Part shown: positions 52,464 through 63,649 of the stretch, in pieces | Position numbering within the stretch: the first letter of the stretch is position 1 | How the letters are laid out: each line of letters starts with the position of its first letter | Origin: Eledone cirrhosa | Taxonomy: Eukaryota | Length of the DNA: 64,000 nucleotides | NCBI GenBank assembly: GCA_964016885.1 | Contig: OZ024743.1 | Coordinates: forward strand, 246,760,001 to 246,824,000 | Reading direction: 5' to 3' | Notes under the pieces: generated by a model | The model's input: the letters and a program-made list of their open reading frames with translations, nothing else | Told to the model about the DNA's origin: nothing | Database searches by the model: none | Position numbers and translations under genes: made by a program

Positions 52464-53908
52464 CTAAACAGTACAAATATAGTGAAATCAGTTAACAATA
52501 ACAAAGCAATGTATCAAATCAAAAAAGAAGGCAAACCACCACCACACCACCACTAACATCCATCTGTTTTCTCAGATAGCAAGGGTTAAACAGGTTGTCA
52601 AAGATAAAGTATTTAATAAGAAATGCGAACCTCTCCAATTTGCTGAGGGCTGCATCTGCTTACATACCCACTCTTTATAGAGTGCACTGGATGCATTTTA
52701 TTGTGACACCAGCAGTACTGATGTTGGCATATCTTTGACACAAAAAGAGTCCTTTCTACCCTTTGTTTGGCAGGTTCTCTAGGACTGAGTACCATTCCTA
52801 TCACTTACCACTTTACAGAAGAACAAATAGATTACTTTTCATTGTTTAGAATATTTTGGCAGGCATACTGAATTTTTAGGATCAAAATCAAATGCGATTT
52901 CAATTTCCTATCCCTCAAACAAAAACAAACATTTTAAGGTTATTTTCTCTAAAGCAAGTGTTAACATTCTGGGCCCACGGCAGGCTTCATATTCATCATG
53001 AAACATTTTTTGAAGCAACATTTTACAGTCAAATGCCCTTGCTGGCACTAACCACTTTAATCATCTCTTATGACATGCAAGGGTATGGTGTAGCCATTCT
53101 AAACTGGACACATGCAGTAAGTTTCCCTGATATCCCTCAAACAATGCCTATTCTCTTACTCTTACTGGTTTTTGTCATTAGAATGTGGCCTTTCTTGGAC
53201 ACCGCCTTGATTTAGTTCATTACATCAATCTTAGTACCTATTTTACACATCTCTTGTCAAACAACCAATAGACATAAATACCGACACAAACAAATAAACA
53301 GACAGTCATCTCCCTCTCTTGCTCTCAATACAATAGGCTTCTGCAGTTTCTGTCTACCAGTTTCACTCACAAAGCATTAGTCAGCCAATGGCTATAGTAG
53401 AAGACACTTGCTCAAGTTATCACAAGGTGTGGTATATATATATATCATCATTTAATGCACGTTTTCCCTGCTAGCAGGGTAGCATGGCTCTTCATAGACT
53501 GAGTCAGTATTCAAGCAGGGCTACTGATCCCCGAGATGGGTAAGGGGCCTGCATCTCATTTATGTGTGGCCCCACGCTCTACCAAATGCATTTTATCATG
53601 ACAAACATGTGTCCCATAGCAAATGACCATAATAATAGTTAGTCACTATAATAACTAAGTCAATCAGATAAAGTGCTTCTGGAGAACAAAAAGTGGACTG
53701 GTACTTACGAAGAATTGAACCCCCATCTGTTTACTTTCTCCCACCACCAGGGGTATGTTACCAGATTTTGTCTATTATTTATAGTGATCAACTATTATTA
53801 TGGTTAATTACATAAGGGAGGGGGCATACATTTCAAATTTCCCTAATGTTTTATGCGTCATATATATATAATTATCATTTAATGTCTGTTTTCTCTAACG
53901 ATGACGAT

Positions 53909-54243
53909 ATAGCAAAGGTGAGAAGTGCAAATAAAACTAAGGAAAACATTAATTATTAAGTAGTATAGAAGTAAGAGGTGTAGAGTTCATTAGTCCACAT
54001 GCTGTAATAACTGTTCATGACTTACAAAATATCAACACCGAAAGGCATGTTATACATTCAAATGAACATGCTTTTGGGTGTTGACATTTTGTATTTTATA
54101 CTTGTATCTGAACACATGAATAGTTATTACAGCATGTGGACTAATGAACTCTACATCATTTACTTCTATACTGCTTAATATCACAGTGCTATAATGCTTA
54201 ATGTTTTTCTCAGCTTAATTTGTACCTCTCTCCACTTTGCTAT
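53909..54243. repeat. Imperfect ~335-bp palindrome (MITE-like hairpin), loop ~54052-54064
   Basis: GTAGAGTTCATTAGTCCACATGCTGTAATAACT (~53980-54012) is the reverse complement of ~54122-54154; outer ends ATAGCAAAG / CTTTGCTAT. Confidence 0.85.
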
Positions 54244-54689
54244 TTCAAACTTTGTAGCTTTTATCTCTGTTCCTTGCTTACCATGGCACACCTACTTGGT
54301 AATGGGACAATTATACCTCAAGTCTAGAAGTTTATTTCCTGAGGAGATTTTTGAAATGTTACTACCATGTTTGTCGATATAATTAATTGACAAATTGTTA
54401 TAGATGACTACAATTACATTTCAATAAATCAAAAGGATTGTAGAAATGAATAAATGATTTAAACTATCAAGCCTTTGGTTCATCACCTGAATTGAATTTA
54501 TATATATATATATATCAATCATTTTTGTTTAACGTCAATTTTTCCATGCTGGCATGGGTTAGATGGGTCGTCCATGCCAAGAGGCAAGTCTGGCCAAGGT
54601 TGGCCATGTGTTGCACCTTATTCCGGCGAGGACTGTAAATTTGGCTGGGTGCCCTTCCTAATACCAACCACGTTTACAGTGTGGAACTG

Positions 54690-55425
54690 GATGGCTCCAT
54701 TATGAGGAGGGACAGGCCAGTTGGCTGTGCTGAACCCATCTCACAACGGGACCATATTTTCGGAGCCCAACCCATCACACAATGGGAGCCATAGTTTTGG
54801 AGCCCGGTACTGGATGACACCGCTATGAGGAAGGACAAGCATGGAACCACAGTTTAGGTGGCTGGTATTAGATGGCATCACTATGCAAAGGGACCAGTGA
54901 TACCACTATGAGGAAGGGCAGGTCAATTGGCTGCGCTCAACCCTTGTCACAGCGGCACCCGAGTTTCAAAGCCAGACACTCTCCATTCAATGGACTTCTG
55001 AATAAGAAACTGGATAACCACATGTGAGTCCACTATGAGGAGAAACAGGAACCACAATTTTTGGAGCCCGGCACTGGATGACACCACTATGAAGAGGGAC
55101 AGGTCACTTGGCTGCACCTAACCCCTTTCACAGTGACATCTTAGATTTGGAGCCGGACCAGCTCCACACAACAAACTCTTCTCAATACAAAACCACATGT
55201 GACACCACTATGAGGAGGGGAAGGCCAGTTGGCTGTGCCAAACCATTCTCACAGTAGCATCCCAGATTCTGAGTCGGACATTCTCCACGTAACGAACCCT
55301 TCTCAATACAAAATCACAATGTGTGACCCAGGGTCTAGTGGTACCCCAGTTTTGGATCCGGGCACTCTCCATGCAGCTGTGTGAGCCTGGGACTGGGTGG
55401 CACCACTATGAGGTGGGACAAGAGA
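54690..55425. repeat. Degenerate GC-richer minisatellite of variable unit length, anchored on CACCACTATGAGGAGGGACAGG
   Basis: The motif recurs at ~54700, 54824, 54907, 55034, 55088, 55208 and 55406, following a SINE segment at 54520-54690. Confidence 0.75.
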
Positions 55426-58200
55426 GGATCCTCAATTCAGGAGTTGGATGCCGCGAGGGCTGGACGTTTCCCTCATGACCTTATTGGACTGTGCTAAGGT
55501 GGTGAGTGGGGGCAGGTAGGAGAATGAGAGGGGGCCAAAATGTTTAGGAGATTCAAAGGTTATGTGTCAATCGTAGAGAAATAATGAAAAGATTAATAAT
55601 ATATTTTTTAAGAATAAAGAAAGTTAGTTTGTTTCTGTTTTTTTTATATATATATATATATATACATATATCTCACTGCGTGATGATACATAAATTTCAT
55701 TAATATACGAATCTTCAAGTGGTGCCCATCCTTGAAATTCGTGGAATTGTTTCTACTCTTCAATATTGATGAGAATGAGAATTTTTTTCTTCTATTTCTT
55801 TCCTCGCCCCCACTATCTCTATTCTTCTCTCTGAACTTGAATTCAACTACTTCCTTAGATGTCATCGTTTGTATAACAGTTTTGTACATATCCATTTTTA
55901 CCACTGCAGTGGGAATTCTTCATTAAAAAAAAAAATGGAACAAACTACATTTTAACATAATATCCAGTTTATCTCTCAACAACTACCCATATGGAAATTA
56001 TTTAGGTGAAGTGGGTCTAATCATAGTAGTTTTCAGTTTAGCACCCTCCTCCTCTCACATCATTTTATCTATTTGCCCATCAACTTAAAATAGTTACAGG
56101 TGCAATCCATACAAAGAATATTTTTTTATATATAAAAAAAGACAAAGAAAGAAAAAAACAAAAACTAAGAGTAAAAAAAGTAAGATTTCTGGAAAATGTG
56201 GTTTTAACCCTTTTAGCATTTACATTACTCTATATATATACTATTGTATTTTCATGGTAAAGGCTTTACCTTACATAATTATCTCACATAATATCAAATC
56301 TACGAGATTTTGATGCTATTTATTTCGAGAACAATACCTTAACATCAATATCAGCGACCGGTTACAGTCGGTTTGAACAGAAAGAGGTGAGAGAATTCTG
56401 GCCGGATATGGCAAGTTTTTGATACCAATCCACTTCAAACCGACCATGGTTCTATAACAGAAAACTTTATCTAAAAACCTTCCATAATAATTTTATGTAA
56501 GAACCTTTGCTATTTTCCAAACAACTTAATAATTCTTAATTATTTTCAAAATTATTTGGAAATTATAGGCAATGTTTTTTATTTAAAATATAGTAATGAA
56601 AGGATTAAATTACTATATTGCACTTAGTCTTTCACCTACAAGTAGAGAATTAAACTACTCTTCCTTTCTTTTACTGGTTTCAGTCAGACTGTGGCCAAAC
56701 ATCCCTAAGTCCAGTATCCCGTGTTCCCTGTCACTTTTTAACCTGTAATCCATCGTAAAATTCGACCCTGCAAATATCATGTCGCAACCACCACCAGACA
56801 CATCGCCATACTTACACAACCATCAACATCACCAACACATATCATCCCTCCTTAAACAACGCATGTCTGTGTGTAAGTATATCTGTATAAACGCCATCCC
56901 CACTGGCTCTCCCTCTATATATACATATATATACACATGTGTATCTATACAACGTATTTGTCAGACTTAGTGTGTCTATATATGTATCTCCTTATGGAAA
57001 TGACACCACAAACACTGCAACCTTTCACTTTATCACAAACAACACCACCACACCCACACCACATCTACATGCCAAACTGTCTATCGACAGCTACACCCCC
57101 ACACCAACCTGTGAACGACACCACCAACTTTTCACCACACCCACCCCCCACATACTCTACAGGCAAAAACATCCCTATGAACTAATCCACCAATCAAAAC
57201 AAACTTTAATGACCACCATTGGAACTTCCGACTTTATCATACAGCATGTATTCATTCTTCCATTAACATTACAAGGGTTCTGACGAGCCGCGGATTACAG
57301 AGTCAGTTCAGATCAATACAGATCAAACCTTGAGCTGATCAGTGGCAAACTGCGCGTCACCAACCAATAAACGTAATGAAGGAGTAACCAATCATCCTTG
57401 TTATCTTATTTCACTATATATATATATATATATAATGTCTGTTTTTATTTAAAATATATAAATTTATACACACAATGTATTTCCTATCTCACTCAATTGT
57501 AAATAGTTATTTCTCCAAAGTTTAATCTTGCATGTCATTTGCACATATGTACTGAGCATTTATGCAAATTATATCCTAGAAGTAAATTATTAAAATCTCA
57601 TTCTTATCTTTAATTACTTCCACATGTCAATAATCAACAAACTAATGGGTTTCTCTTATGCAAACCATTAATTTAACAAAATGCAAATTTTCCAATTTGT
57701 ATGATAGTAATCCTGGTATTTATGGCACACCAATCCTGGACTCCAAAAATGAAATCTAAACTATAATAAAGGGAGGAGCGCAGGACTGCGTACGGTTTAT
57801 AATTTTTTATCCCATTAGTAAAATAAGTTGCATTACTTTGAATAAATAATGAATGAATATTACATAATTTATCTACTAAATTTCGTGGCTGGTGATTAAA
57901 TATATTTTGTTTATTTAAAGATTCACTTCTTTAAAATTTCTGAAATGTCAAAACTTCCAGTGGCGATAGCTTAAATAAACATAATTTTCTCCTAATGCAG
58001 TTTATATATAATATCGTCTTTTTTAATGTGTATCATGGATTACGTTACTGATTATATAAGACAGTGTAACACAGTCTTCGTTCAGTTTCTATGTATTATA
58101 TAATGTCAACTACGATTTTATTTGATGTATCATATCTACATATATATATATATATATACACACACAACTGCGTATAATATCAATATACACACTACACTTG

Positions 58201-58239
58201 CTAGCAGAAAACCCACCCGAAGGGTGGTTTTTCTGCTAG
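58201..58239. repeat. Short hairpin: 18-bp stem with one mismatch, 3-nt loop
   Basis: CTAGCAGAAAACCCACCC-GAA-GGGTGGTTTTTCTGCTAG. Confidence 0.9.
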
Positions 58240-58290
58240 TACATTTAATGTGAATATAATTAGTTTACAAAAGAATAAAAATTTACTTAC

Positions 58291-58313
58291 TCTGTAATAA
58301 ACACCCACATGAC
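58291..58313 (-). CDS. Erlin: Erlin coding exon 2, 23-nt micro-exon (GHVGVYYR)
   Basis: TTTACAG acceptor, AGA|GTAAGT donor; supplies the conserved EEGH.GVYYRGGALL junction; phase 1 to 0. Confidence 0.93.
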
Positions 58314-58827
58314 CTGTAAATTGTAAAAAAATGGAAAAATACGTACATAAATACATTGGACAGGTACAGAAGATAAGTTTAAAATAATCTAAAACAATCT
58401 CCTTGATATTAACAACTTTGATACCAAATCTCTGAGACCACTCCTATGATACATGTACAAAACTGTTTATTCTAGTATATATAATTATCTAAAGCTTGCC
58501 ATCATGATTTTATGTAAAAACGTTTAACCCTTTTGATATTACACTACCTGAAACCAGCACTAGCTCTATGCTATGAAACTTTTCAAATATTATATATACC
58601 TAAAAACCTATCATAATTTTATGTAAAAATTTTTGTTATGTTCCAAACACTAGCTTAATATTGAGAAAGTTAGTTATATTACCAAATCCTTCCAAATTAT
58701 TGATTATTCTAAAAATATATTTGAAAATCATAGATAGTGGATCTCATTAGAAATATAAGAAAAATGCTAAAATGACTGTCTTCTTTAAGGTATAATAATA
58801 CCAATACAAAACCAACCATATATATAT

Positions 58828-59020
58828 CATCATCATCATCATCGTTTAACATCCATCTTCCACGCTAGCATGGGTTAGACGGGAGTTGTCCCACTTGAGG
58901 CAAGGTTGGTCGGGTGACCGTGTCTCGCTCATATAGGACTATCTGGCAGGTTTACAGCTGGATGCCCTTCCTAACACCAACCACATTTACAGTGTGGAAC
59001 TGGGAACTTTTTACTGTGTT
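58828..59020 (-). mobile_element. RTE-tail SINE/LINE 3' fragment with (CAT)n
   Basis: Same sequence family as 45777-45975. Confidence 0.75.
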
Positions 59021-59025
59021 ATATA

Positions 59026-60324
59026 CGAGGGGGGATCAAAGAGTTCGCGGAATTTTTCAGAAAATATTCTATTTTTCAAAAAATATGATTTACCATCAAT
59101 TTATTTTTCTACATAGTTGCTATCCAGGTCAATACACTTGACAAGGCAATGCTTCCAGCTTCGTAAGCCGTCCCTAAAGAAAGTTGAAGGCCTTGTTCGA
59201 AGCCATGTGTTGGCAGTGTTTTTAGCTTCTTCAACACCACTGAAACGGGTTCCTTTTAGCATTTCTTTGAGTTTTGGAAAGAGGAAAAAGTCTGATGGGG
59301 CTAAATCTGGACTATAAGACGGGTGAGGAAGCACTTCCCATCGAAATTCTCGAAGAACTTCTTTTGCAACCCACGCAGAATGCGCTGGTGCATTGTCATG
59401 GTGAAACAAGATCCCACCATGAAGTTTCCCTTTTCGTTTCTTGACTAAAGCCTCTTTCAGCTTCCTTAAAACATTTGCATAGTAAGCTCCTGTCACAGTT
59501 CTTTGACCTTCAAGATAATCTATTAGTATCACCCTATCTGAATCCCAGAAAATGGTGGCCATCATTTTTTGATCCGACTTTTGAGATTTGAACTTGATTG
59601 GCCCCAATGATCCACGTGGAAGCCACTGTTTTGATTCAGCATCACACTGGTAGATCCAGGTTTCATCTCCGGTGATGATTCTGGTCAGTAAATGCTCTTC
59701 ATCAACTTCAATTTTGTTTAATATCGCCAAAGACAGATCACTTCGAAGAATCAGCTGATCAGGGCGCAACGCTTTTGGGACCCATCGCGCTGAAAGCTTG
59801 CTTAGTCCCAAATTATCGTGCAGAATTGAATTTGCCGAACCATATGAAATGTCTAGGGACTTAGCTAACTGATTAACTGTTATTCTTCGATCTTCTTCAA
59901 TTAAAGTCTGAGCAGCCTCAACGTTTTGGTCATTTTTTGATGTTCCTAGTCTTCCACTGTGATGGTCGTCTTCAAGGTCGTCTCTCCCTTGTTTGAATCG
60001 CTGAATCCACTTGTAGACAGCAGTTTTCTTTGGAGCAGTAGTACTGTAAACTTTAACTAAAGCCTCCATAATCTGTGTCCCTTTCCATTTGAGTTTCACC
60101 AGAAACTTGATATTCGATCTTATCTCAAAATAACTATTTTCCATTGTTCCAAAAAGAGGTTTTTTAAAGAGTGTCAGTACTGTACAATAGTCCACGCATA
60201 ACTGACTGCAAGTGACTAATAGCAAGGTTAACACCTAGTGACAATGTTCTGACATGTTTAATATTGTTTTAATCTATTTTTTCTTACTACGAAAAAATTC
60301 CGCGAACTTTTTGATCCCCCCTCG
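59026..60324 (-). mobile_element. Full-length mariner transposon (1299 bp), ~32-bp TIRs, TA target duplication
   Basis: Left CGAGGGGGGATCAAAGAGTTCGCGGAATTTTT vs right (reverse complement) CGAGGGGGGATCAAAAAGTTCGCGGAATTTTT, 1 mismatch; TA on both flanks. Confidence 0.96.
59101..60144 (-). CDS. Mariner DD34D transposase, 347 aa from the ATG at 60144
   Basis: Motifs WVPKAL, ITGDETW, HHDNAPAH and YSPDLAPSD; 34 residues between the second and third Asp; no stops. Confidence 0.93.
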   Translation of the reverse strand: MENSYFEIRSNIKFLVKLKWKGTQIMEALVKVYSTTAPKKTAVYKWIQRFKQGRDDLEDDHHSGRLGTSKNDQNVEAAQTLIEEDRRITVNQLAKSLDISYGSANSILHDNLGLSKLSARWVPKALRPDQLILRSDLSLAILNKIEVDEEHLLTRIITGDETWIYQCDAESKQWLPRGSLGPIKFKSQKSDQKMMATIFWDSDRVILIDYLEGQRTVTGAYYANVLRKLKEALVKKRKGKLHGGILFHHDNAPAHSAWVAKEVLREFRWEVLPHPSYSPDLAPSDFFLFPKLKEMLKGTRFSGVEEAKNTANTWLRTRPSTFFRDGLRSWKHCLVKCIDLDSNYVEK

Positions 60325-60703
60325 TATATATAGAATAAGTATATGTATATATATATATTTGTGTATGCATATCTCTGTTTCTTTGCTTCACATTTAATAT
60401 TGCTGGCAAAGGCAGTGACATCTGTTTATGTTCTGCAGAAACAGAAGTCCTTTAGATGTGCAAAGTAGTAACCAAATTACCAATTAATTGTGTGGCTAAA
60501 AATGTGTCATCATTTTATGTCCACTTTCCATCCTGGCATGAGTGGGATGGTTTGTCAAAATTGACAGGTTGAAGTGACCTCATTTTGCTCATACCTTCCA
60601 TGGTTGGCATGGTTTCTTTGGCAGGATGTGTTTACTAACACATGTTTATAAATTGAACTTAACATCAATAGTATCTAATATTTTCTTGTAAGTTCTTTTT
60701 CCT

Positions 60704-60999
60704 CTAAATAGCCACACTAGGGTTAGAAGCCTTGGAAGCTTGAACTGTTTTGGGGGCTACTCCAGGGTTAGAAGCCTCTGATGCTTGAAATGCTTTTAGG
60801 GCTATTCTAGGATTAGAAACCTCTGAAGTCTGAGCTGATTTTAGGGCTTCTCCAAGTTTGGCAATTCCTAAAAGAACTGTTTCCAGGGCCACTCCAAGAT
60901 TAGAAGTCCCTAAAGTCTGAACAGTTTTGGGGGCTGCTCTAAGATTAGAAGTTCCAGAAGCCTGAACTGCTTTTGGAGCTGCCTCACAGATTTGGAACC
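60704..60999 (-). CDS. Putative alternative terminal exon of the Erlin locus encoding six 15-aa (45-bp) Ala/Ser/Thr-rich repeats
   Basis: TTTCAG acceptor at 61000; phase matches the donor at 61438; 98 uninterrupted codons to TAG; the only unit-length change is 3 nt. Confidence 0.55.
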
Positions 61000-61169
61000 C
61001 TGAAATTTAAGCATCATTATTTTTATAGTAGATCCACCAATGTACTTAAGTCATGCACAAGTTATAGGTACACACAAGCTGAACAGGAAGGTTTAGTTAG
61101 AACTAATTTAAGAACTATTACCCAGATTTTCATAAGTACATCTCAACTTTATGTTAAACAGCTCAGGCA

Positions 61170-61366
61170 TACCATATATATACTCGAATATAAGCTAAGG
61201 AATGCGTGACAAAAAATTTGATGGCAAAATGGGGATAGGGTGGCTTATATATGCTATCTAAACAATGTGTTGATTAGCTGCTTTGGCTTATAAATAGGGT
61301 TTGGATTTTTACCCATTTCTCAGAAATAAAATGGAAGGGGGTGGACTTATTTGAGTATATATGGTA
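61170..61366. mobile_element. Tc1/pogo-type MITE
   Basis: Ends TACCATATATATACTCGAATATAAG / CTTATTTGAGTATATATGGTA are imperfect inverted repeats with TA termini. Confidence 0.65.
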
Positions 61367-61438
61367 AGTATTTGAACAGAGGTAGTTACAGTAATTAAAT
61401 TATGAAGCTAACTAAAATAAAGAAATATTTCAACTTAC

Positions 61439-61529
61439 CTTCTTCAATCCGGTGAATAGAGGAATTGAAGATTATAGCAACCAATACAAACAGCACTGAT
61501 ATTGAGATAAATACCCCTTGAATAGCCAT
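61439..61529 (-). CDS. Erlin: Erlin coding exon 1 (MAIQGVFISISVLFVLVAIIFNSSIHRIEE), N-terminal signal anchor; the exon starts at 61542, so a 5'UTR exon lies further right
   Basis: ATTATGGC start, TTCTTCAG acceptor at 61543, AAG|GTAAGT donor. The 11 exons sum to 978 nt = 325 aa plus stop, with all phases compatible. Confidence 0.94.
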
Positions 61530-62607
61530 AATTGAGGATGTTCTGAAGAATAGAAGAAAATTCATTGAAATTTCAGATTTCTGAATTACTTTAAATAAAA
61601 AAAAATAAATAAATAAAAAAAAGCAAGCAATTTTAGGAGAAGGGAAAGTTGATTATGTCAACCACAGTATTTGACTGGTATTTTATTAAATCAACCTCAG
61701 AAGGATGAAAGCACAGTTGACTTCAATGGCATTTGAACTCAGAATGTAAAGAGCCAGACCAAATACTGCAATGGCATTTTATTCGATGCTCTACCAATTC
61801 TACCAATCCACAAATAGCGCAAAACATTTGTTCTATACTCTAACGTTTCCAACTTCAATTAATAAAAGTTTTTACATAAAATTATGAGAAGGTATGAATT
61901 TGAATATGAACACTTGAATATTAGAAGGTTTGTATTACAAAAACAGGGATGAAATTAGGTGGGTTGTTGTCAAAAAGGTTAATGCAAGGTTTGGAAGGTG
62001 AGTCAGTAACAGTGACAAGAAAATAAACAAACATTTTGGGTGGACTTGTTTTGAAGATAGCTAGTTTGGAAAAAATTGAGGCCATAGTAGAAGAGAGGAA
62101 ATAAAATATCACACTATGGTTGCTGTATGTGAGTGAGAGAGTATTTTCTAATCAGCTATTGTGAACCAAGATGCTTGTGCATATAGCAGCAGTATCCAAT
62201 ATGTGTGACATACTTGATTGAGTCTTTGAATTTCAAGAAGAATCAGTAACTAGTCAGCACTCAAGTATTTTCTGGTCCTGAAGAAGGCCAATGTTTGTGG
62301 TGCAGTTCTGGTAATATTACACATGTGAGATAGTGATACTTAGTATTTGTAATAACTTTGATGACATACAAAGAAGGTTTATTTGATATACACAGCAATT
62401 TTGTCATGCTTCTGGGGGAGTTGTGTACATTAAGGTCACTTGAACTTGGAGACGAGTGTAGTATGGGAACTAAACAACTCCTTGTTGCTGGATACAGAGA
62501 AATTTTGCACTAAACTTGAAGTCTTCGTTGCTGGTGCTCAGATTAGAAAGGTGAATGATGGGAAAAGATGATTCTTCACATGTGTAGATACTAGCTTTCA
62601 GGATGAA

Positions 62608-62826
62608 TTTAACCCTTTTGATACCAAACCACCTGAAACCACTCAAGGTACTATGAAACAAAATTGTTAATTTTAATGTGTTTATACTTATCTATATTTA
62701 TGTTCCAAACACCATGAGAAAATAAGTTATATTACTAAAACCCTCAAAATGTTTGATTATTTTCAAATTTATTTGGAAATCATAAGCAGTACCTTTTATT
62801 AGAAATATAGTAACAAAAATGTTAAA
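62608..62826. mobile_element. piggyBac-like MITE
   Basis: TTAACCCTTTTGATAC ... GTAACAAAAATGTTAA ends with TTAA; same family as 35511. Confidence 0.6.
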
Positions 62827-63314
62827 ATAAAGCATAGCATGGAAAGCAGAGATGCCTGTCAGAGCCCATTAAATATTAACTCTGATTAAATATTAACTTG
62901 GCTTGTGACAACCCATCCAAACCTTACTCTGAGAGAGAGAGCATGTGGTTTTATTGTTCATGATCTGTAAAAATAAATCATGAGGTTGATATGAACAATT
63001 AAATCCCTTCAAGGCATTACCCCAGCATAACTGCAGTTTAATGAGTGAAACAAGTAAAAGAGCTGTATCACTAGAGAGGTTGTCTCACAGGACTCAGAGC
63101 CTGAACTGGTTATTTGCAGTCTCAGTGATCTGGGTTTCTAGACTCATTGTCATTACAGAAGCTAGCTACAACTCTTAAGTCAGTTCTCTGATAGCTGATG
63201 TCTACCAGAAGAGTAAACATTTAGAGACAGAAAGGAGTGGAAGACAAAATATACATAAGGAGAAAATTTGATGAGAGAGACTAATGGTGAGTGAGTAAGC
63301 ATTAAGAATAGGGG

Positions 63315-63463
63315 TATGTGAGGTGTCATAAGTAATAGATAGATGTGATGAGTCATAAGTAATAAATAAATGTGATGAGTCATAAGTAATAAATAAATGT
63401 GATGAGTCATAAGTAATAAATAAATGTGATGAGTCATAAGTAATAGACAGATATGAGAGTCAT
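63315..63463. repeat. 27-bp minisatellite (GATGAGTCATAAGTAATAAATAAATGT), ~5.5 units; degenerate units resume at 63650-63703
   Basis: ATGAGTCAT at 63348, 63375, 63402 and 63429. Confidence 0.9.
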
Positions 63464-63649
63464 TGTTTCTACTTTTGGCACAAGGCCAACAATTACTCAG
63501 TACATTACTGGTACTTTATTTTATCGACCCCGTAAGGATGAAAGGCAAAGTTAACCTCGGCGGGATTTGAACTCAGACCGTAAAGGGACGTAACTATGCT
63601 GGAAAGCATGGTGTCCGACTCTCTACCGATACTGCCAATCCACCGCCCT
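63464..63649 (-). mobile_element. tRNA-derived SINE splitting the minisatellite (related copies near 34380, 47765, 61625)
   Basis: The minus strand begins GGGCGGTGGATTGGCAG...GAGTTCAAATCCCGCC (A/B boxes) followed by CTTTGCCTTTCATCC. Confidence 0.75.

Noticed and set aside
58201-58239. Bacterial rho-independent bidirectional terminator
   Set aside because: The shape fits, but it lies in a spliceosomal intron with no bacterial sequence nearby.
60145-60234. 30-aa N-terminal extension of the transposase in the ORF track
   Set aside because: It starts at a GTG; the ATG at 60144 gives a typical mariner length of 347 aa.
63180-63437. (MTHHIYLLL)n ORF
   Set aside because: Reverse translation of the 27-bp minisatellite, with no splice or codon-level evidence of coding.
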